Origin: Syncephalis fuscata S228
Taxonomy: Eukaryota > Fungi > Zoopagomycota
Assembly (NCBI GenBank): GCA_025786725.1
Contig: JAHLTZ010000020.1
Location: 62,001-126,000 of the forward strand
DNA length: 64,000 nt
Reading direction: 5' to 3'
Below are positions 1 to 13,369 of the stretch, in pieces. Numbering within the stretch: the first letter of the stretch is position 1; the number at the start of each line of letters is the position of its first letter. The position numbers and the translations under genes are program-made. The notes below the pieces were generated by a model. It was not told where the DNA came from. It did not search any database and worked only from the letters and a program-made list of their open reading frames with translations.

Positions 1-1767
1 AAAATCTACTTCATTCTTACAATGCGATCAATTTGAGATTTTGTATTCGTAATTTGTCCAATCTTTGGCTTAATTTTCATTCTTCCTTCAAAACAAAGCT
101 TTTTAAATGCCGGATTATTATCTGTTTCTGGCTTAATACGTTGGTTAAAATCCTAATAAATACCCATTAATATTGTACACATCTCTATATCACTGCTTAC
201 TTACCATAATAGAGGCTAGCATATCGGTGGTAGCACTACGGGTGCGTTTAGACTTTTCGTCAGCAATTGCCGCTTCCTATAGCAATTTATAAGTTATATA
301 TTTAAAATATAGCTGTAGTTACCCACTTTACGTTCTGCTTCATGCTTTGCTTGTTGTTTCGCTTCCTTTTCACGACGTTGCTGTTCTTGTTGTTCCTGTT
401 CTTTTAAACGTAACTCTTCTTCTGCTTTTTTCTTACGCATTTCTTCTTCCCTTTCCTTTTCCAGTTGTGCCAACGCACCATCCAATTTCTGTTGCTCATT
501 TTATTAATAAACACTTAAATAGCCTATAAACACTTACTGAAAATGCTGCTTGTTTACGCATTGCTAAAGAGGATTCGGCTTGTTTCTCCTTTTCATCACT
601 ATAATTTGTAAGTATTTATTTAAATAGCTATTTAATACATATACTAACTTGGATAATAGCAATCGATCCAGCGCCTTTGTTGCTTCCTCAGTAGCTTGGT
701 GTATTTGATATAAATAATTTTCTTGGTTTTTAATACTTTCCTCTCGTATACGTGACTTTTCCAATCGGACTTGAATTGCTTTATCGGCAGCAGCAGCCTA
801 TTTAACTTTTTTATTATGCTGTAATAGTATATCAATCTATTACTTACTTGACCGGCCTTTTTGGCTTCCTTAATAATAATTTCTTGGGTGTCAACGTAAT
901 TGACATATTTCATTAAAACTGCTTCTGGTTCATCAGTTGGATCTTTTGGTGTAGCAATTTTATTGTGCTGTTTCTGATATGATCGTGGTGTTGAGCGTGT
1001 TGATGCCATAGATGGCGAACCGATTAACTGTGGACTATTGGCATTTTCATTAATACTATTGCTATATTGACGGTGGGGTGTATTCCATCGAGGACTAAAT
1101 ACCGCTAATAGTTAGATTCACTATAGGTGGTTCATCACTATACTATAATAGCTACCTATTATTGATTGGTATAGGATTTGTATTATTTATACGTGCAATA
1201 ACCGGTGATGCGTACTGTGGATGACTGGTGGAGATAGTTGGCTCATACGACAGCTCCACCGGTAAATAGGTACCCGTATGTGATTCATTTGATGGCTGTG
1301 TATTTAAAAATGTAGCATCTGAATGGATATAACCTTTAGTGCCAATTACACTTGACTTGGCAATAAAATCATCGTCACTACTGTCATCGTCTTCAGAACT
1401 TGGGCAGCGAAACGAGTTAAACGAGTGAGGAGAATGCCACTGGCTAATATAATAGCGAAATATAAATTGTTAATAAAGTATATCGTTTAAATTATTTATA
1501 CTAATAGCTTTATCTGTTACAGACTTATTACTTGACCTACTTTGCCAAATTGCTTGTATAGCCAGCAGAAGGTGACAAGGCTGTAGAGGTAGACGCGGCC
1601 AATTCAGACCTTCTACCTGGAATTGGCTGCGGCTTACTAGGCGTCAATGATAATGACGGCAATTTGTGTGGACTATTGTCTGTCGTTTGATTATTAGCAA
1701 TCCAAGCGTCGCTTAGTCCTTTTAAATCGTCTTCGTCCTCATTGTCGTCAATAAGACCAAACCGCAT
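1..1767 (-). CDS. GLE1: mRNA export factor / nucleoporin Gle1 (multi-exon, 3' part runs off the window)
   Basis: Starts MRFGL at 1767; low-complexity N-terminus, long E/K/Q coiled coil (294-485), then exon ~21-152 DFNQRIKPETDNNPAFKKLCFEGRMKIKPKIGQITNTKSQIDRI, which resembles the Gle1 K-x-x-PKxGQ(L/I)TN segment. Confidence 0.75.
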
Positions 1768-2019
1768 AGCTTTAGTATAGTGGTATTTCTACAAAAACAA
1801 GGGATCACGAAACGGGTAATATAGAGGAGGGATAAGGAAAAGACTACCAGCAAGTAAACGATACAGTGCTTATTATTTCCAAATAACAAGTTTTATTATT
1901 ATTGTTGTTGTTATGGTTAATACATTTATTAATAAAATAGATATTCCTATTGATACAATGTGCCGTATTTATTTTACCTCATCCTTTACTTCAATCGGTG
2001 CTAGTTATTAGTCATCATT

Positions 2020-2511
2020 ATGTCTGCTCTTGCCGTGACAACAGCATCGTCTGCTTCTATAAAGGAATGCCGTATCAAGGCACTCCGTCTTTATCGCCAA
2101 TGGCAACTAGCGGTAAGTAGATCATAGCTTGGCTATTAATGTAGAACGCCAGGAGTAGCCGGGTGGATGCCACGTTCCTTTACGTGAATCTACGTTTCTA
2201 TGGCACTAGCAAATGAACAATAGCTATACTTGTTCTAATACAACGATTAGGCACCTACCATTGTCGGTTCCTATCAGTTAGATGTGCCTGTGCCTGTTCT
2301 TCGCGCTAAAATTCGTCAAGAATTTGAACGCCATCGCGAAGTGACTGATCCACGCGTTGCAGATATTCTCATCCATAAAGGCAACGTCGAGTTGGAAGAA
2401 ACGATGAATATGTGGAAACAGCCTGCTCAATTGTTATATGCGCTGTGGCGCGAAGAACAAGAGCCGAAGCCACAAGACTTTCTTTCACGTTTCTATGAAG
2501 GACGCTCATAA
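2020..2511 (+). CDS. NDUFA6: Complex I subunit NDUFA6/B14 (LYR family)
   Basis: Exon 1 2020-2112 MSALAVTT...ALRLYRQW (LYR motif); intron 2113-2250; exon 2 ...LRAKIRQEFERHR..TDPRVADILIHKG..ELEETMNMWKQ..DFLSRFYEG. Confidence 0.9.
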
Positions 2512-2654
2512 GTTGTAGTTGTTAGTATCTACGCACACACACACACACACTTATAGGATATAGCGACGACATAGGACAAGCAATAAAGTAACATTTTAAT
2601 AATAATAACATTGTATAAAATCGGTACTATTTATTTCTACTTGTATAGCTGTAT

Positions 2655-3378
2655 TTATTTACTGTCTTCGGCAGCTTGTTGTTTACGACCTAATCGATCT
2701 GCTTCCATAGCTATTTCTAAATCTTCTTCTGGTGTACTATTTTCACGAGCAGCATAATTGAGCTCACGTAAAAGAGTCTATTATTATTATTATTAAATTA
2801 TTAGTAAATTATTGTTATTAAATTATTAGTATATTTGTTAATAAATCGTTGTAATATTTATATCTTACTTCTTGACGGCCAACGCAGTTCCAAAATGCAC
2901 TACGGCGAAATTCGCACATAGTTAACCAGTCGCTCCAGCTGCCATTACGGAAGCATTCACGTAAATCAGCATGTACATCAGCGCAATTATCAATAGCTCG
3001 TTCTTTAATTAATCTTGTTTGGCGATGTGATACCTGTGCTTGAGCAAGCATAATAGCTTGTTCTTCGCGTGCTGGCGCGCCAAACCGTTCAAAAAAGTTA
3101 CTCCAGCTTTGTTCCTGGCCTAATCCCGCTTCTGAATCTTCAGAATCATTAGATTTAGTAGTTGAATCATCGTTATCATTGCTACTATGGCTATTTTGGT
3201 TTGTCGGTTCAGCTGTTGGTTGACCATACAGCACTTGGTCAAGATTGGAGTGAGCTGTCGCGCGTGTACGATTTAAAAAGTCTTTTAACGATGCATCACT
3301 CTCCGTTGACGCCGTAGTCGTATTATCGCTGCGGTTATTACTCGGCTGGTCGGTGTGGCGTGACTGGCTGGCACCCAT
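2655..3378 (-). CDS. Twin CX9C (CHCH-like) protein, probably mitochondrial intermembrane space
   Basis: CADVHADLREC and CEFRRSAFWNC are two CX9C motifs; one intron ~2778-2868, then TLLRELNYAAR...EDSK* with stop at 2655-2657. Confidence 0.6.
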
Positions 3379-3499
3379 AGTGAATCCGACGTTCTGTACG
3401 TAAACTAAAGAGCAAGTGACGAAATAGTAGCGGTTTAAGATTGAAATTTATAATTATTTTTCTTTCTCTAAACCCATCACTCCATAGTATTTATTAACT

Positions 3500-5117
3500 A
3501 TGGCGTCACTCAATGACAGTGAACTGGTAACCGCGTCTAATAAGGCAGTTACGGTAAATGACAGCGCAAATACCAATGAAGACTATAAAGACTCGGACGA
3601 TGACTTGGAACTTGAGCAAGATAACGAGGCTCAATCCGAAGAGAATAGTGCCCAGGACAATGAAGACGATGGTAGATATTTAGCAGCAAGTTAAAGTTCT
3701 ATCGCTAAAGTGTGCTATATAACAGAGTCGTATCTAGATGAGTTTGAAGACGATACGCTGGTAAATATACTTATAATTAAATAGCTTTAAATAACACTAT
3801 ATAGGATTTGCCACTGACTCAAATGCGTATAAGAAGTATACCCAAAGAAGCGTTTAAGCGATTTACACAGCTAGAGGTAATTATTGTACATTAAATAATG
3901 ATAACGATATAGATTATGAATATAAAATACAAATATAATTGATTTGGTTTATCAATATCAACTAATATTGTTACTAATTTATTTTATTATTGGCTGTGTT
4001 GTTTTGTAGAATCTTTGTCTACGACAGAATTTGATTCCTGAGATTTGTGGGCTTGACACATTAACCAATTTAACAGAATTGGATTTGTATGATAATCGTA
4101 TTTCTTACGTGGAAAACATTGACACACTCACCAATCTCGAGTAAGTAAAGTGCTGGTAGGATTAGTAGTAGGATTATTATTAATAGCACTATTTTAGATC
4201 GCTTGATTTGTCATTTAACAAAATTAAACACATTGAAGGAGTGGATAAATTAACACGTTTAAAGGATTTGTATTTCGTCAGTAATAAAATATCACACATT
4301 CAAGGACTGGATACATTGGTCAATCTACGTAATTTGGAATTGGGTGCAAATCGAGTTCGTGTAAGTTAAAAATATGGCGGATTGTTATGAGTTTATGGAT
4401 AATAATTGTATTTGTAGATTATTGAAAACCTAGATTGCTTGGTAAATTTGGACCAGCTTTGGTTGGGCAAGAATAAGATTAGTCAATTCCAGGCAAGTAT
4501 TACAAATATTAATTACCTGACATCTACTTACTTTGATTGCCATAGAATCTTGGTGCGCTGCGTAATTTAAAAATACTTAGTATACAGGTAAATATTAATG
4601 ATTAAATTATGGCTATATTTTTATCAATCATAATACTTGATTATCAGAGTAATCGAATTACGAAACTTGAAGGATTAGAAGGATTAGAGCAGTTAGAAGA
4701 ACTTTATCTTAGTCATAATGGAATTGAAAAAATTGAAGGACTGGAGAAGAATGTAAGTATTATTATTTAATTTGTCACAGCTTGTTAATTATTTATAGCT
4801 TAATTTGCGTATTTTGGATATTGCTTCCAATCGAGTGGCCAAGCTTGAAAATCTTTCTCATTTAATCAATTTAGAAGAGTTATGGGTCAGTTTATTTAAC
4901 TATACCTAATAGTATAAGCTGATGAGCAATCTAGGCAAATCACAACACGCTAGATTCGTTTGTCGATGTTGAGGAAGAGCTTGGCAAGCTTTCTCATTTG
5001 GAAACCGTCTATTTTGAGGGCAATCCATTGCAAACACAACAGCCAACGCATTATCGCCTAAAGGTCAAACTAGCTTTACCACAGATAAAGCAAATTGACG
5101 CCACTATGGCACGGTAA
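3500..5117 (+). CDS. SDS22: PP1 regulatory subunit Sds22 (LRR protein), many short introns
   Basis: Acidic N-terminus; LRRs LTELDLYDNRI, LDLSFNKIKHI, LYFVSNKI, LELGANRV, LWLGKNKI, LSIQSNRI, LYLSHNGI; cap ETVYFEGNPLQ...YRLKVKLALPQIKQIDAT. Confidence 0.93.
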
Positions 5118-5447
5118 TGATAATGCTGCTAATAGCAATGTTATACCGCTCATGTCGTAGACTGTCTTAATCAAGAGTAATCGATATAGGAATAAAGCAG
5201 TAGCATTTGTTTCGATAGCTAATCTTTTATTGATTGCATTGTTATTATATTAAATGATTGATATTTAAAGGTGTTTAACATAGTTTACATTACACATACA
5301 AATAAAATTATTTGCATTTCATTACAGTTCAACATTATATTGTGCTAATTACATTTTTAAAAAATAACAACTGCTAAATGATAAATTTGTAGTTATATTG
5401 TTTAAAATTAAACAAAAGTTTAAATGATGTTCACAGCTGGAATAACA

Positions 5448-6195
5448 TTATTCGACCTCTTCGCCCAACTGAAACGTACCCTTTCTGCGATGTTCCAATT
5501 GGCGACGTAGCCAGCGGCGATAATCACGCAATGAGCGGATCTTTTCGCCATAGTAATCGGGAACAGGATTACGTACACTGCTCAGCGATGGATCAGAGCG
5601 ATATTTTACTATGTGTCGGTAAAGTTCACGGTCCATCTAATCAATAGAAACAATGATTAAATAACTAGCTAGCTAAAAAAGTGTAGCTTTTACTTACTTC
5701 GTCTATTGTGCCGGCCAAGCGCCGGTTCGACATACGCCATGTCGTGCTAGCCACTACTGGGCCTAGTAAAAAGCCAATAATACCGCAGGCAAATGCACCA
5801 AGGCCATACATCAGAAATGGGTCCATGCCCATAAAATTGGCGGTGACATCGATCGAGCGTGTACCAAAGAAGCCAATACCGCCGATAAGACCCACCAATG
5901 TAGTTGGGACTGTAGTTATACGTTCTTGGAGAATACGTTTACGACGAATCTCAAAATACTCAGTCCAACTAATTGGAAAACGATAGTGGGCCGGTAAAGA
6001 TCCTGGCGCGTTGGCTGTAGTCGACCTGTTTTCGGTAGAGTTGGTAGTATCTGACTTAGAATAAAAGCTATGACGCATTGGAAGCAAAGAGCGTGACAAG
6101 GCCAAATTACTCGCTGCCGGGTATGATCTTATCGTTAGTAAGCGTTTTGCGGACAACTGCGCGCGTGCGCATAGCGCCGTGTGCCGAAGTAACAT
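5448..6195 (-). CDS. PAM17: Mitochondrial import motor subunit Pam17
   Basis: Presequence; [28 protein letters not shown]; exon 2 [32 protein letters not shown]; intron ~5637-5697. Confidence 0.92.
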
Positions 6196-6824
6196 TGTGC
6201 CAGTATTTCAGAATAGGAATTCTAATCAAAAGCGCGAGTTTACAAAAAAAAAGATTTGTTAACTGATAATATTTGTTAATTTATATACTGACAGATTAAT
6301 AATTCAACACTCTAAGCTATTCTACTTTAAGCCCCTTACTTTTTTGAAAATAAAAACAAATTGTAGATTGTTTCTTTAATCAAATTTGTGTACATCGTTG
6401 TAATAAATCTAGACTTGTTAAAACGGATGCATTTTTTTATTTATATAGTTAATAATCCATCACTTTATCTTTTTAAATGTACTGATGTCACATTTTTATG
6501 TATGTTGACTTAGAAACATTATACATCGATACTTTTTAGATAGTAACCTATTTAGAATACTCTTTTTGGCAATGTTGTCATTATTCTACTGATAATATTG
6601 TTTTTTATCTATTCTTCTTATTACAACCATTGTTTTACTGATGGCGTATTTTATAATTGTATTTGCTTTTATGCTATTGATTTTTATTCTTTCTTTTATT
6701 CTACCACTTAAACAATTACCTCATCTGTATTTCAATTTTTTTATAATATTTATATGCACAATGTTGTTCGATTTATAGCTTGTATATATTACATTATTTA
6801 TTAATTAAATAAAAAATACTATTT

Positions 6825-7755
6825 TTACATTAAACAATCTATTAGTTATTTATTGTGTTTTAATGGTCAAATGACTATATTGAACAAATGTTTATATATC
6901 TAAACTAACTTTCTTTCCATTGAGTATGATGATAGGTGGTAAATGACATCAAGCTTAAAATACTTATTATTATAGATTTATTATCCAGTATGCATATTTC
7001 CTTAATCGTTTATATTATTTCTATACTATTTCATACTGCTATATATCATTCTACGATACACTAAATACATTCTATTGTTTATTTGTCCCAACACACTTTA
7101 CAATCTCCACTCATTACGCTATACGCGCCGTACTTTTAATATCATTTTTTATAATTTCTTACCGTACATTTATCATTCTATATATCATTCTATACTTACT
7201 TAGCCTTCCTTTATCAAAAACTGTTTTTTATTTTGTTTTAAATTTATTATTAAAGAAGTCCGACTAATGTCGGTCAGCTGCTCATGCATATATGCTTAAT
7301 AAATTCTTCATCGCTAATCGGCACTTTATATCACATATTCTTTATATTATATACTGTTTTATTGTCTAATAACTATTGGCCATCTATTAATGTTGTTTTT
7401 TGTTTTAGTTCTATTATTAACAAAGTTCGACTAATCTTGCTTAGCTTGTTTATTAGACTATATATATATTTACTTAAAACTTATAGTAAATAAAATGTAT
7501 TCAATATGTCATTATATGACATATAATAGTATAGAATAGAGTGGTGAGAATATAATTGAGTAAAGGGTATGCGTATACTGAATATATGCATACTGTATAA
7601 TAAATATACAATAATGAATACTTTAATGGCTGATGTCATTCACCATCCGCCATCATGTTTGCTAGAAAGAATGTTAGTTCAATAAAATAAAATATAATTA
7701 AACATAGTCATTTGTTCTTCAAATAACCATAAATAGCTAATATATTGCTTAATAT
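6825..7755. repeat. Degenerate long inverted repeat (arms ~6825-7000 and ~7580-7755)
   Basis: ATGATGATAGGTGGTAAATGACATCAAGCTTAAAATACTTATTATTATAGATTTATTATCCAGTATGCATAT (~6926-6997) aligns to the reverse complement of ~7585-7657; similarity continues through CAAATGACTAT and AACTAAC. Confidence 0.6.
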
Positions 7756-8147
7756 TAATGCCGCTACCATCCTGATATGATAAGCAATAAGTAAATAATT
7801 GTTCATTGTGGGCATATGAATAGTTATGTGAATTGATGTATTACACTAGTAGTAAACTAATATAAAGTTTTTATTTATTATTAGCCATGGTTGCTATAAA
7901 TAATAAGCTTATTTAATATCAATAAAAAGACAATCGCCTCTAGTCTCATTTCATTTTAGTTAGTGTTATATAGTTTATTATATTTGAATTACAATAATTA
8001 ATGATTAATAGAATTAGTTTTATTGTCAAACAGTATTAACCAACCAATAAATTTTAGTACACATCAAATACTAACATTATCCTATAATGTTAGGATAAAA
8101 TGTAGCCTGGCCATCTAGGTTGTAGTTTTCTTAATCAAAATTTAATA

Positions 8148-9751
8148 ATGTGGTAAAATGCAATGAAATGCGAATTAAATAAAAATAATTTACTTAATAA
8201 AACGTTACTAAAATTATGTATAACTTTTTGTGAAATAAAGTAAATTGTCTGCTGTTTTGCACAAGTATACATATGGCATACAAGTGACTATTAGCAAAGT
8301 ATACCGTTATTATAGTGCATGATGGTGTAATGGTTGCAATAATACGCTGATAAATGTGCAAAAATAGCAGTTTTTAGTCATTCATGACTTGTATAACTAA
8401 AATACAGCAAAATGATTGCTAGATTCGAGTTTTCCATGCTTCGCTGATCAGATTGATATAAAATATAGAACAATGATTTTTGTAAAAATAATTAGTCAAA
8501 AATGCAATTTACGTATTTTTAATCCACTCAATAAATATTGATAATAATACGTATAACTTAATGTATAATAAAGCAAATGGCATAATATTTTGCACAAGTA
8601 TGTATATGATATACAGATAGCTACTGGCAAAGTATACCGTTATTGTATTGCGTGATGGTGTATTTATCATGGCAATACGCTAATAAATGTGTAAAAATAG
8701 TGGTTTTTGGTCATTCATGGCTTGTATAAACAAAATACAGCAAAATGATTGCTAGATTCGAGTTTTCCATGCTTCGCTGATCAGATTGATATAAAATATA
8801 GAACAATGATTTTTGTAAAAATAACTAGTCAAAAATGCAATTTGCGCGTATTTAGTTGTTAACAAAACCTTAGTTATATGTATATTTGTGGCATAAATTG
8901 CTGCCATGTATCGGTATTTCTGCATAGCGACTTTTATTGTATTTGTTTGGCGCTATATAACACTTTGAATTTACTATGGACCAAACTTTATTTTTGCATT
9001 AAAATTCTAAAATTTTAAAATTAAATCACTTTTTATTAACTAAATACGCGCAAATTGAATATTGGTTAACCTTTGTTGCAAAAATCATTGTTCTATATTT
9101 TATATCAATCTGATCAGCGAAGCATGGAGAACTCGAATCTAGCAATCATTTTGCTTTATTTTGTTTATACAAGCCATGAATGACCAAAAACCACTATTTT
9201 TACACATTTATTAGCGTATTGCCATGATAAATACACCATCACGCAATACAATAACGGTATACTTTGCCAGTAGCTATCTGTATATCATATACATACTTGT
9301 GCAAAATATTATGCCATTTGCTTTATTATACATTAAGTTATACGTATTATTATCAATATTTATTGAGTGGATTAAAAATACGTAAATTGCATTTTTGACT
9401 AATTATTTTTACAAAAATCATTGTTCTATATTTTATATCAATCTGATCAGCGAAGCATGGAAAACTCGAATCTAGCAATCATTTTGCTGTATTTTAGTTA
9501 TACAAGTCATGAATGACTAAAAACTGCTATTTTGCACATTTATCAGCGTATTATTGCAACCATTACACCATCATGCACTATAATAACGGTATACTTTGCT
9601 AATAGTCACTTGTATGCCATATGTATACTTGTGCAAAACAGCAGACAATTTGCTTTATTTTACGAAAAGTTATACATAATTTTAACAACGCTATACCAAT
9701 TAGCTAATCGCTATTATTTTTTAATTCACATTCCATTAATTTTTACCACAT
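8148..9751. mobile_element. Foldback-like palindrome: ~710-bp inverted arms, each with two ~333-bp subrepeats, ~180-bp spacer
   Basis: 8148-8857 is the reverse complement of ~9038-9751, near-identical in the core; GCACAAGTA... recurs at 8259 and 8592; CTAGATTCGAGTT(T/C)TCCATGCTTCGCTGATCAG occurs twice forward and twice reverse. The repeat is clear; its mobile-element status is inferred. Confidence 0.65.
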
Positions 9752-10383
9752 AATTACGTTAAAAACATTTTTTAAGCCGGCCATGATTATTACAAATAAA
9801 AAATAATTAATTTTAGAATAGTTATAGCTATTGGAATAACAAATATCATATTTTTATGATGGGTACATCTATAACAATAGCGGATCATGCCACTTTACAA
9901 TGTTCATAACTATTGCACGTTGTATCAAAATATTAGTATTACTAAATAGTTAATAAGCCTATAACATACAAGCATGGTGGGCAAATTATAACAATACAAT
10001 GTACAAAGATACTGTTTGATGACAATGAAATAGCCGGCTTATTACTTGTAACTTTAAAGTCTGGGCCACTAAGAACAATCATGTTTCAGCATGGTGCAAC
10101 TAAGTATGTTTGTCTTTTACACCACTTAGGACCTAAACAATGAAAATGGTTTTGTTCATGGGTATTATTATAAAACATATCTTAAAAGCAGTAGATACAA
10201 AATTGAATATAAATATACGTCGGTTTATTTGGTCAATAATTGATTCAACATCCCAACAAAGCTACAGCTTCTATAACGACCTATACACCAGCACTTTTTA
10301 CATCATTTATACAGCTAGTCTGATAGATCGACTAAACGCACCAACTGCTACGCACGACTTTTGAACCTACAACGACTATCATT

Positions 10384-10869
10384 ATGAAATTTCTCATCAC
10401 TCTCGTCGCAATTACCGTATTTGCCGCTAGCACAATTGAAGTGACTGCCGGTCCAGTTAGCTTTGATCCGACAAAGATGCTTTGTCTGGTCAACAAATTC
10501 CGCGGTGAACGAAAGCTTCCACCACTTGCAATTGATGCCGGTTTAAACAAAGCTGCACAGACCCATAGTGCACTTCAAGCTCGTAATAACCAAATGAGCC
10601 ATTCTTTTGCTGGTGAACCTGCTTTAATGGAACGCTGCTCTATCAGCGGTGGCGGATGGAACAGCGTAAGAGAAAATGTTGCGGGCGGACAGACATCTAT
10701 TGAGCAAGTTATGGACAGCTGGATTCGCTCGCCTCTTCATCTCCAAAACTTAGTAAGCGATGCCACGCATTTCGGCAGTGGCATGGCTGTAGGCAGTGGA
10801 GGCAAAGCTTACTGGACACAGGACTTTGGCCGTAACGATAAACTGCCAAAGAACTTCCCAAAATGCTAA
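10384..10869 (+). CDS. Secreted CAP/SCP (YkwD-like) domain protein
   Basis: Signal peptide; LVNKFR...LNKAAQTHS...MSH, ENVAGG, VMDSWIRSPLHLQNL, YWTQDF. Confidence 0.9.
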   Translation: MKFLITLVAITVFAASTIEVTAGPVSFDPTKMLCLVNKFRGERKLPPLAIDAGLNKAAQTHSALQARNNQMSHSFAGEPALMERCSISGGGWNSVRENVAGGQTSIEQVMDSWIRSPLHLQNLVSDATHFGSGMAVGSGGKAYWTQDFGRNDKLPKNFPKC

Positions 10870-12117
10870 ACAAGCAGCGACGTACGACTAAGATAGAATA
10901 ACGAACAACGCTAGAACCGAATCAGCGCTAAAGTGCTAATTAATAAAACTTATTACAATTTATTGTCTTTGATTTACTGATTTGCCTATGTGCTAGATCG
11001 GATTAAGCAGTTTGTATCTAACAAATTGCCACTGCTAGTATCGATACAAGCAGGCTATTTAATATGTTTTAAAAGAGTTTGCCGTTGATGTTGGCAATAT
11101 TGGCGTGTATTGTTTGTTTGTATGCTTAACGATTTTAGCATGTTATAAGCAATTAATCTAGGTAAAGTTTAAAAACATTATAAACTTAACAAAGCTGTAT
11201 TTGATTTATTGCTTTTGGTGAATAAATTAAATGCGGACCAGCAACGAACTATCATTTGCAATAAGCATCACAAATAGCTATTAATAATAGTGACACATAT
11301 ATACATGGCTGTTTGATTCAAATGCTAAAAGTATTAATGCGATGTCATTAGTGCTATAGCTTTAGTTTTAGAAGCCGTGGATTAAACGAGCAAACAGCAC
11401 TCTATCTTGATGCTGTGCTATCATGTTAGCCTCTGGTGTTCTCTATGCTTTAATGTTTAACATATAAATGTTAATTGATTAATATTTAACTTATCTTTTT
11501 TTTTAGTTGCATTATCATAGCAATATAAACATAATATCGAAATGGTTTTATTACCATGGTATACAGAACATAAAGTATAATTATAATGATTATATGATAT
11601 TGGTTATTAGTTATATTTAGTATTATTGAGTTTGATTTATTTTAAAAGCTTTTATTGCTTGAATCAAAGTATAATAATATAATATAGCGACAGTATAAAT
11701 AGTTATCTTTGGATTTATACGACCAAAATGCCGTAAAGATAAAAGCTGAGCAATGAGTAGTAGAATGAGACAAAAATAAATGTTTATAATCTAATAGTTA
11801 TGAATATGAAAAATAGCAATTTAATACTAGCCACCAATGATATCAACAAACAATTAAATAAGAAAAGACAACAACTCATTCAATAATAAATGTAAAATAG
11901 TCTTCTTGGATTGTAGGCTATAAACACACGGCAATTTGTATGTTCATGTATATGCTTGTTGACAACATGTTTTATTGAATAAAATATAACAACATTTGTC
12001 TATTAAATAGAAAATGACGCGTTTTAAGCACATATTAGTAAGATAGTTTGCAAAAATGCAATGCAACAACCCATCATAAACGCCACTGCTTAGAATTAAT
12101 TACTGATGAGTGAGGTT

Positions 12118-12697
12118 GTTTAGATGGTAAATAGAGCAAAGAATGGAACAATTGGTGAAGATATAATGGTGTATATAACTGGTATAGTTATTGTGCTGGC
12201 AGCTATGCACATACAGAGTAGCAACAGTAGCAAACTGCGCTGCTATATTAACGCTGAATGATTGCTCAGTACCAGTATAGTAAAGCTTTCTATACTATTA
12301 TCGGTGTATGCGTACAACTGCTGTACACGATGAATGTGGTGGTTATATGTTGTTAAAGTCACTGCATGCTTTGTTTTACTATAGATCTTTGCTGTAGACC
12401 GTACCGACAGCAGACTGTACAGTCTTTGCAGTAGTAGATCGTATTATCGCTGTTGAGATTGCAAAGTTGCTATTAGATGAACTGCAATTGCATTCCATAG
12501 TACAGATAAAGCATGCAACGATATTTTCGTAGCACTGCTCGACATGACATAAAGCAAGCCAGGAATGCACTTAACGTGCCAATAAAGCTGTCAATACCAA
12601 TGATCAGAATAATGAAGGTCAGTTTATAAAATAGTAATGCAAGGACATAGTGTAAATAGTGTGTGTACCTAACTAGTAAGCAGTCAACTACTAACAC
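12118..12697 (-). pseudogene. Possible degraded or fragmented multi-pass membrane protein gene
   Basis: Several hydrophobic coding-like segments (LHYVLALLFYKLTFIILIIGID; QRSLLLLLLCMCIAASTITIPVIYTII) in different frames with stops; no clean gene model. Confidence 0.25.
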
Positions 12698-13369
12698 TAT
12701 CTATGTAGCATATATGGAGTGTACAAGTATATGCAATGGATATATGTTGTCAAGTGTAAAGAAAGAGAAAGAAAAGTGTGATGACGTAGATTGTGAGATG
12801 TGAGCCTGAGTCAATATTTATAAACAGCCAAGTTAATTTATTAATAAATGCAATGTGAAATAATAAAAGTCAATCTACCCAATATGTTGGTAGATCATAG
12901 AACAAGTGAAGCAATAGTGCATCAAGAATAAAAACTATTTAAAAGCAAAATCAGTGTACCATAAGACATATTAGCTTTAGTACGTTTAGTACACATTTTA
13001 ATTTGATGATATGTAGCATGTTGCATGTAATGATTTCAGCACAATATATAATAAAATGTAATTTAAACAACGATGTCTTTATTATTATATAAATAGACCA
13101 TGCATTTATATTAGTCTATTCGTCATTATATTTGATGGCTAATTTTGGATACAACAATAAAAGAATAACGATAAAAGATAGATTTAAACTGGATAATAGC
13201 AACCATGCTATACTACAAATTGTAAGTGTCCCATTTAACGGTGGTTGAATTATCAACGCTAGATGCGGCAGAGCTGTATAAAACGGCCATCCATGGTCAT
13301 CGTGTTACACGCATGTCCTAGCATGAAACTTAACCACACTCTATAAAGTCACAATTGTCTCTCTTCATC

